In this document: positions 1-8,808 of the stretch, piece after piece
Numbering within the stretch: position 1 is the stretch's first letter
Layout of the letters: each line of letters begins with the position of its first letter
NCBI GenBank assembly: GCA_965249725.1
Contig: OZ252251.1
Location: 544,001 to 608,000 of the forward strand
Source of the DNA: Longimicrobiales bacterium
GTDB lineage: Bacteria; Gemmatimonadota; Gemmatimonadetes; Longimicrobiales; Gaopeijiaceae
Direction: 5' to 3'
DNA length: 64,000 nucleotides
Program-made: the position numbers and the translations under genes
Notes under the pieces: generated by a model
Told to the model about the DNA's origin: nothing
Database searches by the model: none
What the model saw: only the letters and a program-made list of their open reading frames with translations

Positions 1-1569
1 GACGGACATGGCGGACATGGCCACCGGGGCCTCCCAGCTAGCGTTCGGTAGGAAGTTGTCGCGCTGTTGGTGGTTCACGTTGTCCAAGTAGTATTGCCAG
101 GCCTGGCGGTTCGTCTCCGGGTTCCCGTCGACGGTGAAGCCGGGCATGAGATAGACGGCGGGTACCCCGGCGAGCAGGAACGAATACTGGTCGGACCGGA
201 ACAGGAGCGCTTGGGCCGCCGCAAAGGGCGGGATCCGATATCGCTCGTACGAGGTGCCATATTCCTCACCCGCCTGTTCCAGGAACGACCCGAGGGTCGT
301 GTATTCCTCGCCGAAGGCGAGGAAGTCGTCCGAGGCCTGCTGGTCGAGCCCTCCGTCATGGTTGAGGGCGGCGACGGTCTTCTCCATCGGGAAGACGGGG
401 TTCCGCACGTAGTACCACGACCCCAACAGGCCACCCTCCTCGGCTCCCACGGCGAGGAAGAGCACCGAGCGGGCCATTTCGAGTCCGACCATCGCTTCGG
501 CGGCGGCCAGGACCTTCGCGACGCCGAGGGCGTTGTCGTGTGTCCCGTTGAAGATGCTGTCGCCATCGGCGTCCGGCTCTCCGATGCCCACGTGATCGAG
601 GTGAGAGGTGAACACCACGACTTCGTCGCGCAGCTCGGGATCCGTTCCCCTGACGAGCCCCCCCACGTTCCAACTCCGGGACGAGCGCAATTCGTGGACG
701 GGCTCGATGGTCACGGGACCGAGTTCGACCGGCTCGGCACTCGCCGCGGAGCCCGAGGACCACCGGTCGAGCAAGGCCTGCGAGGCGATGGGTCCGAGGG
801 TCGCCGCCGCCCGGAACCGGGTCGTTGTGCCGTCCGCGAGCACGCGGAGCGGGCGCCGCGGACGAAGCCGTCCTTCCCACGCCTCGACGGAGGGCCGGGG
901 ATCCACGACGACCACGGCCTTCGCTCCCCGGCGGAAGGCGAGCTCGACCTCGGTCCGGGCTCGGATCACCACGTCGAGTTCCTGCTCTCGTCCTTCGGGG
1001 ATGCCGGCTAGCACGAAAGCGATGCTCCCATCGAGGTCCACGTCCGAAGGCAGCTCGCCGTCCACCAGTCCACGGCCCACGTAGACAGCTCGGCCCGAGA
1101 CCGAGGGCTGTTCACCGATCCAGTCCGGGGTGAACGAGGCCTCGGGGTAGGCGATCTCCCACTCACCGATGCGGAGGTGACTTCCCCGATCCTCCACGAT
1201 TTCGAGCAGGTCGAAGGGTTGCAGGTAGGAGCCGTCGAAGGCCGGCTCGAGGCCGATTCGTCCGTACTGCTCGGCCACGTAGTCGCGGCCCATCTCGTAG
1301 CCCACGTCGTCGGTATCCCTGCCGCGCAGACGATCGTCGGACAGGAACTCGATGTGGGACCGTATCAACTCAGGCTGGATTACCTCGATGGCCTGTGCGA
1401 TGTCCGTGGAGGCGGCCTCCTCGCCGCACGCACCGAGGACTCCCAGAACCGTCAGGGTTGACAGTGCCAATCCGGCCAAACGCGCCGGCCCAGCCACCAC
1501 GGACGACCACGGAGCGGCCGCCGAGCCGGCTCCGGCCGCCGAGGCGGACCACGTCGAAATACGTCTCAT
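1..1569 (-). CDS. M28 family metallopeptidase with PA-like insert, lipoprotein (3' end runs off the window; absent from the ORF track)
   Basis: Manual translation from ATG at 1569: lipobox-like VLGAC, HIEFLSDDRLRGRDT, VFTSHLDHVG, FNGTHDNALG, AVGAEEGGLLGS, FRSDQYSF, NHQQRD. No stop seen before base 1. Confidence 0.9.
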   Translation of the reverse strand, partial: MRRISTWSASAAGAGSAAAPWSSVVAGPARLAGLALSTLTVLGVLGACGEEAASTDIAQAIEVIQPELIRSHIEFLSDDRLRGRDTDDVGYEMGRDYVAEQYGRIGLEPAFDGSYLQPFDLLEIVEDRGSHLRIGEWEIAYPEASFTPDWIGEQPSVSGRAVYVGRGLVDGELPSDVDLDGSIAFVLAGIPEGREQELDVVIRARTEVELAFRRGAKAVVVVDPRPSVEAWEGRLRPRRPLRVLADGTTTRFRAAATLGPIASQALLDRWSSGSAASAEPVELGPVTIEPVHELRSSRSWNVGGLVRGTDPELRDEVVVFTSHLDHVGIGEPDADGDSIFNGTHDNALGVAKVLAAAEAMVGLEMARSVLFLAVGAEEGGLLGSWYYVRNPVFPMEKTVAALNHDGGLDQQASDDFLAFGEEYTTLGSFLEQAGEEYGTSYERYRIPPFAAAQALLFRSDQYSFLLAGVPAVYLMPGFTVDGNPETNRQAWQYYLDNVNHQQRDNFLPNASWEAPVAMSAMSV

Positions 1570-1604
1570 CGGCTCACCCTCCCGATCGAGTAAGAGGTCC
1601 CCAT

Positions 1605-1644
1605 CCGGACTACGGAGCGCTTCACCGGACTGCGGAGTACTTCA
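1605..1644. repeat. 20-bp imperfect tandem direct repeat upstream of the M28 peptidase gene
   Basis: ccggactacggagcgcttca (1605-1624) followed by ccggactgcggagtacttca (1625-1644), 17/20 identical. Confidence 0.8.
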
Positions 1645-1712
1645 AAAGGTGGCGGGAGCGGAAACTCTGCAACCTCGCACGCGGACAAGAGAATCGCGTA
1701 CGCCCGACGCGC

Positions 1713-2480
1713 TCAACGAACGTAGCTCGCTCCGTTCACTTCGAGAGTCGCGCCGGTGAGGTGGCGGCACCTCCCGGATGCGAGGAAGACCAAGAGCTCC
1801 GCCAGGTCGCTGGGCGGTACCCACTCTCCCATCGCGAGACCGGCTGTTACGGCCGGCTCCCCACCCAACCGCGCCGCGGACTGCTCCGACATTTCGGTGC
1901 GAACCACGCCGGGCGAGATGACGTATGCCAGGACGTTGTCGCGGGCGAAGTTACGGGCGACGGTCTGGGTGGCTGCTCGTATCGCCGCCTTGGAGGCGGC
2001 GTAGGCCATCAGATCCGCCACCGAGCTCCCTCGCTGACCTACCCAGCTACCCATCGTCACGGTGATGCCGCCCCCCACTTCGCGGAAATGGCGTACGGCG
2101 TTTCGCAGCAAGCGCGCGGGGGCAAGGACGTTGACTTGCATGGTCTCGGACCAGACTCGGTCCCAGTCCTCGTCTGGCGCGTCGATCCCGCCCTCGAAGA
2201 GCAGTGTCGCCGCGTTGTTGACCAGCACGTCGATGCGCCCGCGCCATGCCAAGGCCTCCGACCAAAGGGCGTCGGCGGCCTCTGCTTGCGAGAAGTCCGA
2301 ACGGATCAGGAGCTTGCGGTCGTCGGGGAGGTCGGCCGTCGCTTGCTCGGCGCCCTCCTTGTGTCCGTGGTATTGGGCGACCAGGTAGCAGCCCTCGCGA
2401 GCCAGGGCGCCCGCGGCTGCGGCGCCGATGCCGGTGGAGGCGCCGGTCAGGAGTATGGTCTTGTCGCGCAGATCATCCAT
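1713..2480 (-). CDS. Classical SDR family NAD(P)-dependent oxidoreductase
   Basis: TGASTGIG Rossmann motif, NNAA, YAASK catalytic motif, SPGVVRT. The start MDDLRDK overlaps the stop of the upstream gene. Confidence 0.9.
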   Translation of the reverse strand: MDDLRDKTILLTGASTGIGAAAAGALAREGCYLVAQYHGHKEGAEQATADLPDDRKLLIRSDFSQAEAADALWSEALAWRGRIDVLVNNAATLLFEGGIDAPDEDWDRVWSETMQVNVLAPARLLRNAVRHFREVGGGITVTMGSWVGQRGSSVADLMAYAASKAAIRAATQTVARNFARDNVLAYVISPGVVRTEMSEQSAARLGGEPAVTAGLAMGEWVPPSDLAELLVFLASGRCRHLTGATLEVNGASYVR

Positions 2481-3597
2481 GTGCGTGGGTCTGTAGCGCG
2501 GCGCGGCGGCGCAGGTAAAAGGCGTACGAGAACGGCAGGATGCCGTGTGGGTCTTCCAGACCGAGCTCCAGGGCCGCGCGATACGCCCAGTTCGGGTCGG
2601 CGATGAACTGGTGGGCCATCGCGACAAAGTCGGCCTGGCCGTTCTGTAGGATCTCTTCGGCTTGGTGGGGCTCCGTCACCAGGCCGACGGCGACGGTCGA
2701 AATGTCGGCTTCCCGTCGCACGGTTTCGGCGAGTGGAACCTGGAATCCCGGTGGCGGCAGCTTGTTACCGAGGGAGACCGAGCCGAGGAGGCCCCCGGAG
2801 GAGCAATCGATCGCATCGACGCCCGTCCCTTTCAGGGCGCGCGCAAGCGCAACCGTGTCCTCCACCGTGATCCCGCCCTCTACGCCGTCGATGACCGACG
2901 CGCGATAGAACAAGGGTCGCTCCGCCGGCCACACCGTCCGGATGGCTTCGGCGACCATGACCGGAAGCCGCATGCGGCGCTCGCGGTCACCCCCGAACTC
3001 GTCTGTCCGCTCGTTCGAGAGCGGTGAGAAGAAGCTGTGGAGCAGGTACCCGTGGGCGCCGTGGATCTCCACGAAGTCGAATCCCGCTTCGAGGGCCCGA
3101 ACGGCCGCCGATCGGAAAGCGTCCACAATGTCGGGGATCTCTTCCCGTTCGAGGGCCCGCGGCGGTGGCCAGCCTTCGCGAGCGGGGATCGCGCTAGGAC
3201 CCACCGCCTCCCACGCCGGCTCGCCGTCTGCAGGGAGCGGCCCCCCCCCATCCCACGGCCGCGCTGTGCTCGCCTTCCGCCCCGCGTGGGCCAGTTGGAT
3301 TCCCGAGGCGACCTCGTGTTCTCGGTACGTGTCCACGATCCGCCGATACTCCGGTATCTGGTCGTCCTCCCAGATACCGGTGCACCCGTGTGAAATGCGG
3401 CCGTCGCGGGTCACCGCCGTGGCCTCGACCATGGCCGCTCCCACTCCACCCAGCGCAAACCGTGAGTGGTGAGCGAAATGCCAGTTCTGTGGGTGACCCT
3501 CAACCGCATAGTACTGGCACATCGGCGAGACCACGATGCGGTTGCGAAACGTCAGGCCGCGGATGGAGAGCGGCGCAAAGAGCAGCGGTTGAGTCAT
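2473..3597 (-). CDS. NADH:flavin oxidoreductase, Old Yellow Enzyme family (YqjM/NamA-like)
   Basis: RNRIVVSPMCQY, IQLAHAGRKAS, EIHGAHGYLLHSFFSPLSNERTDEFGG. Confidence 0.92.
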   Translation of the reverse strand: MTQPLLFAPLSIRGLTFRNRIVVSPMCQYYAVEGHPQNWHFAHHSRFALGGVGAAMVEATAVTRDGRISHGCTGIWEDDQIPEYRRIVDTYREHEVASGIQLAHAGRKASTARPWDGGGPLPADGEPAWEAVGPSAIPAREGWPPPRALEREEIPDIVDAFRSAAVRALEAGFDFVEIHGAHGYLLHSFFSPLSNERTDEFGGDRERRMRLPVMVAEAIRTVWPAERPLFYRASVIDGVEGGITVEDTVALARALKGTGVDAIDCSSGGLLGSVSLGNKLPPPGFQVPLAETVRREADISTVAVGLVTEPHQAEEILQNGQADFVAMAHQFIADPNWAYRAALELGLEDPHGILPFSYAFYLRRRAALQTHAHG

Positions 3598-3610
3598 CCC
3601 GCCGTCACGA

Positions 3611-4576
3611 CTAGTCGGCGCCCTGGAGCGCGGCGACGTTGGACGCAGCATCGAGCTGTTCCATCAGCGCCTCAAGCTCGTCCATGATCTTGACCAGCCG
3701 CTCCCGGCGCTCCAATCCCTCCTCACCGAGCTGCGCGAAGGTCGTCAACGGGGGCCGGACGTCGCCGACCGGGTACCCCGCGGCAGCCGCGAGCGCCTTC
3801 GAATAACACTGATGTCCGTAGGTCGGATGCCCTTCGGCGATGATGTGGTCCATGGCAGTGATGAGACCCTGAACGCGCTTCGCATCGTCGATCCGGCCCT
3901 CAACGAGAAAGTCCCAGATGCGATGCGACGCGGGGGGAATGTAGTTCCCGTACGGGTTGACGTACCCCACTGCTCCGAGCAGGAAGGACTCCACGATCCG
4001 CTCGCCGGCGAAGACGGACATCTGGCCCTCGGTCTCGTCGACGATGTCGTAGACCCGGGCGATGTCCATGCTGGCTTCCTTGATGTACTGAACGTTCGGG
4101 AAGGCGCGCACGAGGCGACCGACGAGTTTCGCCGACATATCGACGTTCGACGTGACCGGGTTGTTGTAGAGCATGATCGGCAGCGTCGTCGCTTCGCAAA
4201 TGGCCTGGTAGTAGCCGAAGATCTCGTCTTCGGTGGGGGTGTAGTAGTAGGGCGGGATGATCATCAGGCCATCGGCGCCCAGCTCTTCCGCCTCCCTGCT
4301 GTATCGGGCCGCACGGGGGGTGTAGGCGTTCGACGCTCCCACGAGCACCGGAATGCGGCCGGCCACGTGGCTCACCGTGGCTTCGATGAACCGGGAACGC
4401 TCCTCGTCCGAGACCGTAAGGAACTCGCCCGTCGTGCCGAGAATGATGATGCCGGGCACGCCCACGTCGAGCTGCCAATCGAGGAAGCGCGCCCATGCAG
4501 ACAGATCGATCGCGGAGCCGTCTTCCGTGAACGGCGTGATGGCCACCGTGTAGCTGCCTCGGAATTGCTTGCTCAT
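3611..4576 (-). CDS. DapA/NanA-superfamily lyase or deaminase (paralog 1, YNNP type)
   Basis: ITPF, LGTTGEF, PPYY, LYNNP, IKEAS Schiff-base Lys. Real start is MSKQFRG with an aggag RBS; the ORF-track N-terminal extension is the antisense shadow of 4694-5872. Confidence 0.9.
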   Translation of the reverse strand: MSKQFRGSYTVAITPFTEDGSAIDLSAWARFLDWQLDVGVPGIIILGTTGEFLTVSDEERSRFIEATVSHVAGRIPVLVGASNAYTPRAARYSREAEELGADGLMIIPPYYYTPTEDEIFGYYQAICEATTLPIMLYNNPVTSNVDMSAKLVGRLVRAFPNVQYIKEASMDIARVYDIVDETEGQMSVFAGERIVESFLLGAVGYVNPYGNYIPPASHRIWDFLVEGRIDDAKRVQGLITAMDHIIAEGHPTYGHQCYSKALAAAAGYPVGDVRPPLTTFAQLGEEGLERRERLVKIMDELEALMEQLDAASNVAALQGAD

Positions 4577-4693
4577 GATGCCTACTCCTGCTGGAATACC
4601 GTTGTCGCTTTCGTCCCTCCTCAGGGTCGCTGGCGTAGCAATGCTGCCGGCGTAATGATTCGTCCATGGTAGCCATCGTTTCCGTCCGACACC

Positions 4694-5872
4694 ATGCGTG
4701 AGAACCTTCCCGCCGACACCGTGCGTGAGACCCACCGAACGGACGTTCTCATCGTCGGTGGTGGCCTCGCTGGATGCGCAACCGCCTACTATCTGGCCGG
4801 CGAGGGCGTCGCCGTTTCGTTGATCGAGCGTTCGGACCTCAACACCATGCAGTCGGGCTGTAACTCGGGGAGCCTGCACGCCCAGATTCCACACGAGCCG
4901 TTCGTGCAGTATGGGGATCGGTGGACCGAGGCGTACGCGCAGACGATCCCCCTCTTGCGCGACTCCATCTCCCTCTGGGCCGGCCTCGGCGAAGAGCTCG
5001 GCGCGGACCTCGAGGTATCGATCCGTGGGGGGCTGTTGGTCGCCGAAAACGAGACACAACTCAGGGACATCGAGCGCAAGGTGTCCATCGAGCGAGCGCA
5101 CGGCCTCGAGGTCGAGATGCTGTCGCACGCGGCGCTCTTGGAGTTGGCGCCCTATGTGAACGAGAGTCTGGTCGGTGGTGCGCACTGCGCCAAGGAGGGC
5201 AAGGCCAACCCGCTCCTCGCGACGCCGGCGTTCGCGCGGGCCGCCGAGGCCCGCGGGGTGGAAATCCGGTGTCGGACGGAGCTCCGGAGCCTGGAACGGA
5301 CGGGCTCCGGGTTCAGGGCCGAGACGAGCGGCGGCATGCTCGAAGCCGGACGGGTGGTGAATTGCGCGGGGACCGAGGCGCCTCAGGTCGCCCGCATGGT
5401 CGGGCTCTCGATCCCGATCGACGGGTACCCCATCCAGACCAGCATCACGGAACCGGTGGCGCCGCTCGTGCCGCACCTCGTGTACTCCGCCAGCGAAAAG
5501 CTCTCGCTGAAGCAGGCCGCGAACGGAGGTGTGATGATCGGTGGAGGCTGGCCGTCCCGGTACGACCCGACCACTGGCCGGCTCGCGGTCGATCCCGCCT
5601 CGCTCCGCGCCAACCTGCAGGTGGCCCAGGCGGTGGTCCCCGCCGTGTCCGGCCTTCAGTTGCTTCGCACGTGGGCGGCCTCCGTAAGCGGCTCGGACGA
5701 CTGGAAGCCCGTGCTCGGAGAGGTGCAGGGCGTTCCGGGGTTCTTCATGAACGCCGTGCCCTGGCTAGGCTTCACGGCTGGCCCGATGGCCGCGCGTGCG
5801 GTGGCCCAGATGGTGATGGGCCGGGACCCCGGGGTCGACGTGACGGCCTTCTCGGTCGATCGCTACATGTAG
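4694..5872 (+). CDS. FAD-dependent oxidoreductase, DadA/SoxB family (HcnC/OoxB/LhpB-like beta subunit)
   Basis: DVLIVGGGLAG, SGCNSGSLH, EGKANPL, VMIGGGWP, DWKPVLG, GFTAGP. Confidence 0.88.
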   Translation: MRENLPADTVRETHRTDVLIVGGGLAGCATAYYLAGEGVAVSLIERSDLNTMQSGCNSGSLHAQIPHEPFVQYGDRWTEAYAQTIPLLRDSISLWAGLGEELGADLEVSIRGGLLVAENETQLRDIERKVSIERAHGLEVEMLSHAALLELAPYVNESLVGGAHCAKEGKANPLLATPAFARAAEARGVEIRCRTELRSLERTGSGFRAETSGGMLEAGRVVNCAGTEAPQVARMVGLSIPIDGYPIQTSITEPVAPLVPHLVYSASEKLSLKQAANGGVMIGGGWPSRYDPTTGRLAVDPASLRANLQVAQAVVPAVSGLQLLRTWAASVSGSDDWKPVLGEVQGVPGFFMNAVPWLGFTAGPMAARAVAQMVMGRDPGVDVTAFSVDRYM

Positions 5873-5879
5873 GTGGGCT

Positions 5880-7634
5880 CTACCCTTCCTTTCCTCTTCG
5901 CGCCATGTCCGACTCGGTGAAGCGCCCCGGCGCCACCGCGCCGATGGGAACCGGCGTGAAGGGCGCGCGCGGGGCGAAGAAGTCGAACTCGTCCGTCGCC
6001 CGAGCACCGTGCACGGGCAGCATCCCGGCCATGATCCCGGCGCAGTAGCGGCCCTGACACCGCCCCATCCCCGCGCGGGTCACCCGCTTGAGCGCGCCCA
6101 GTGACTCGACCCCGCCGTCCATCGCCTCGTTTATGGTCGCGCGAGTCACTTCCTCGCAGCGGCAGATGTGCGTGTCGTCGGCCGCCAATTGATCGACCAT
6201 GAGTGGTGCATCGTACAAGGCCCAGAGGGCGCGCTGGAATCGCTCCTGACGGAGCAACGCCTTCTGCGCCCGCCGCGCCTCGCGCGCGAGCGTTGTCGGG
6301 TCCCCGGCACCGAGACTCCGGGCCGCGTCTACCCCGGCGAGTAGACCCTGCGCGACGGCCATGCGGGCCCCGCCAATGCCTCCTCCGTCCCCCACGACCG
6401 CAACGCCTTCTACGGTCGTGCGGCCGAGCCGGTCCCGGACCGCTACGAGGTGCCCGCGACGCTCATCGAACCCATGACGACAGCCGAGGGCCCGGGGAAT
6501 GTCGTTGGACGGGAGGAACCCGAAGCCTATGCAAACCGCGTCGACGTCGAGGACGCGCTCCGTTCCCGGTATCGGCCGCCCGCTACCGTCGATACCCGCC
6601 ACCGTGGCCTGGGCAACGCCTCCGTTCCCCGACGCTTCGATCACCGAGTGACCGTACAGCATGGAAACGCCCGCCCGCCGCAGCGTGCCTAGGTAGCCCG
6701 CTCCATCTCGGAGCAGATCCGGCGCGTTCCACAGCATGGCTGCCAGCTGCCGCGCCGAACGGACGCCCGGTGCCGGAGCGAGCTCCGCGAGAGCAACGAC
6801 CTTGACGCCGGCTCTTGTCAGTTCGGCGGCGAGCTGGACGTTGAGGGGACCGTTGCCGGAGATCAACACTCTCTCCCCTGGCGCGACCTGATAGGAGCGC
6901 AGAAGTGACTGCGCCGCCCCCGTGGTCATGAACCCGGGGAGTGTCCAGCCCGGCATCGGAACGGCCCGGTCGTACGCTCCGGTCGCAATGATCAGTCGCT
7001 TCGGCCGAAACACGTAACTCGCGGCCTTCCCCAACGCCATCACTTCGGCTGGTCCGTGCGCCGCCCAAATCGCGACGTCGCGCAGCACGCGCGCACCCGA
7101 CTCCTGCACCCGACGAATCATCGCCCGTCCGCGCCGGAACTGGCGGTCGAGGAGCGCGTCGTTCACAGCGGACGCCGGTTGCTTGTAGTACTGCCCGCCT
7201 AGCTTTCCGCGCTCATCGACCAACACCACGTCGACGCCGGCTTCGGCTGCGATGGAGGCCGCCGCCAACCCCGCGGGACCGCCACCGATCACCAGGACAT
7301 CCATGCTCTCGTCGTGTTCAGCGACTCCCTGACGTGGCACTCCTGGGCCCGCGAATGGCTGCTGGCGTTCGACTGAAGCCCCACCACGGGCGGCGGTCAT
7401 GCACGCGCGCTGGTTCGGCACACCATCCACCGTGACCAAGCAGTCCTGACACACCCCGATGCCGCAGAACAGGCCGCGCGGCGCACCGGAGGGCGCCCTT
7501 CGGCACGCCCGTTCACCTGCGGCGAGGAGTGCCGCCCCGAGGGACTCGCCAGGCGCCGCCTCGATCGGGCGTCCCTCGAAGTCGAACGTCTCGGCTTTTC
7601 TTTGCGCAGCTACGCCGGGCGCGGTCACACGCAT
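5880..7634 (-). CDS. Fused 2Fe-2S (HcnA-like) + FAD/NAD(P)-binding + BFD-like Fe-S domain protein (HcnB/OoxA-like alpha subunit)
   Basis: N-terminal FCGIGVCQDCLV...RAC, VIGGGPAG, ATGAYDR-PGWTLPG, GNGPL, C-terminal ICRCEEV...GMGRCQGRYC. Confidence 0.9.
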   Translation of the reverse strand: MRVTAPGVAAQRKAETFDFEGRPIEAAPGESLGAALLAAGERACRRAPSGAPRGLFCGIGVCQDCLVTVDGVPNQRACMTAARGGASVERQQPFAGPGVPRQGVAEHDESMDVLVIGGGPAGLAAASIAAEAGVDVVLVDERGKLGGQYYKQPASAVNDALLDRQFRRGRAMIRRVQESGARVLRDVAIWAAHGPAEVMALGKAASYVFRPKRLIIATGAYDRAVPMPGWTLPGFMTTGAAQSLLRSYQVAPGERVLISGNGPLNVQLAAELTRAGVKVVALAELAPAPGVRSARQLAAMLWNAPDLLRDGAGYLGTLRRAGVSMLYGHSVIEASGNGGVAQATVAGIDGSGRPIPGTERVLDVDAVCIGFGFLPSNDIPRALGCRHGFDERRGHLVAVRDRLGRTTVEGVAVVGDGGGIGGARMAVAQGLLAGVDAARSLGAGDPTTLAREARRAQKALLRQERFQRALWALYDAPLMVDQLAADDTHICRCEEVTRATINEAMDGGVESLGALKRVTRAGMGRCQGRYCAGIMAGMLPVHGARATDEFDFFAPRAPFTPVPIGAVAPGRFTESDMARRGKEG

Positions 7635-7638
7635 GCGA

Positions 7639-8808
7639 TCAGGCCTCCACCCGGAACAGCGTTTCCTCGTCGACTCCCACCACGACCCTCATGAATCCCT
7701 CGAGCTCCCGGTCCAACTCCGGGTCGCCGGTGTCGACCAGCAGGACGCCGCGAGTCAACGACAGGAGCTTCTCCGCCGTGGCCACCACCACGATGTCGTC
7801 GCGTCCGACCCGCCGGATGATCTTCGGGCCGATCTGCTGATTGCCACGTCCGAAGATGTATCCCTGACCGCCGATCACACCGACGACGATCCGCGCGCAT
7901 CCAGCGTCTTCGAGGAGCGCGAGGAGCTGTCGTTCGTTCAGGTCTGTGCCCACGAACTGCCCGTCGAGGATCGCGTCGACACCGAGGAGGGTGCTGTCGA
8001 GGTCCAGATGCCGCGTGATGGCGCGGGTCGTGGTGCCGGGCCCGATGATGTACAGGCAACCCGGCTCCATGGCACGTGCCACACCACGGGCCGCCGCGAC
8101 GAGCGCATCCACGTCCCCGGAGCCTCCGCTCTTGGGGCCCGCGACCATCTGTGGGGCGACAGGGACCCTCAGGTAGCCGTAGAGTGACGCCGAGAGACGA
8201 CCCTGCCGCATCGCCTCTTCGTCCACATCGACCACCTCGGCTTCGCGTAGCTTGGCCGAGGGGCCGGCGGCCACGAACTGGGCCGCGAGGTTGCCGGCGT
8301 TCTCGGGCGTGGTGGCGAAGACGCCGGAGTAGATCTTGACACCCGCGGGGATGCCCAGGGCGGGTTGCTCCGAACCGATCACCTCGGCGATGTCGCGCGC
8401 GGTCCCGTCGCCACCCGCGAACAGAAGCAGATCGACCTCGCGCCGTAGCATCTCACGCGCGGATGCCTTCGTATGCTGGGGACCGGTCAGATCCTCCGGA
8501 CCCCTCGGTTGCTCCGGATCGGTCGGTTGCTCCGGGCCCGTCGGTCCCTCACCCGTCGGGATCACCTCGTATCCCGAGAGCCCCGCAGCCTCCATGGCCG
8601 CAGCCCCCATCTCGCCGGGGCAGGTGAGGAACTCGATACCGTCCGCCTCCGGAGACAGGCGTCGCAAGGCGCGGGCGGCTTTGGCGCTGGCCTGCGGCAC
8701 GGCCCCGAGCGCCTTGGCGGTGTGCACGATCGCCCCGTCGGTCCCCTTGAGGCCTACCCTTCCACCCATTCCCGCGATGGGGTTCACGATGAGGCCGACC
8801 CTCCTCAC
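7639..8808 (-). CDS. ATP-NAD kinase family protein (COG3199/AcoX-like)
   Basis: LIVNPIAGMGGRVGLKGTDG, FAGGDGTARD, GIPAGVKIYSGVFA, IFGRGNQQ, VDTGD. GTG start at 8808 overlaps the gcvPB-like stop (GTGA). Confidence 0.88.
   Translation of the reverse strand: MRRVGLIVNPIAGMGGRVGLKGTDGAIVHTAKALGAVPQASAKAARALRRLSPEADGIEFLTCPGEMGAAAMEAAGLSGYEVIPTGEGPTGPEQPTDPEQPRGPEDLTGPQHTKASAREMLRREVDLLLFAGGDGTARDIAEVIGSEQPALGIPAGVKIYSGVFATTPENAGNLAAQFVAAGPSAKLREAEVVDVDEEAMRQGRLSASLYGYLRVPVAPQMVAGPKSGGSGDVDALVAAARGVARAMEPGCLYIIGPGTTTRAITRHLDLDSTLLGVDAILDGQFVGTDLNERQLLALLEDAGCARIVVGVIGGQGYIFGRGNQQIGPKIIRRVGRDDIVVVATAEKLLSLTRGVLLVDTGDPELDRELEGFMRVVVGVDEETLFRVEA
8477..8548. repeat. 18-bp degenerate tandem repeat (about 4 units) encoding a PTGPEQ-like loop insertion in the kinase-family gene
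   Basis: tccggacccctcggttgc / tccggatcggtcggttgc / tccgggcccgtcggtccc. Protein reads PTGPEQ-PTDPEQ-PRGPED-LTGPQH. Confidence 0.8.

Noticed and set aside
4694..7634. Hydrogen cyanide synthase hcnABC
   Set aside because: Same superfamily, but the fused architecture, duplication and linkage to importers and DapA-like genes favour a catabolic dehydrogenase. Not formally excluded.
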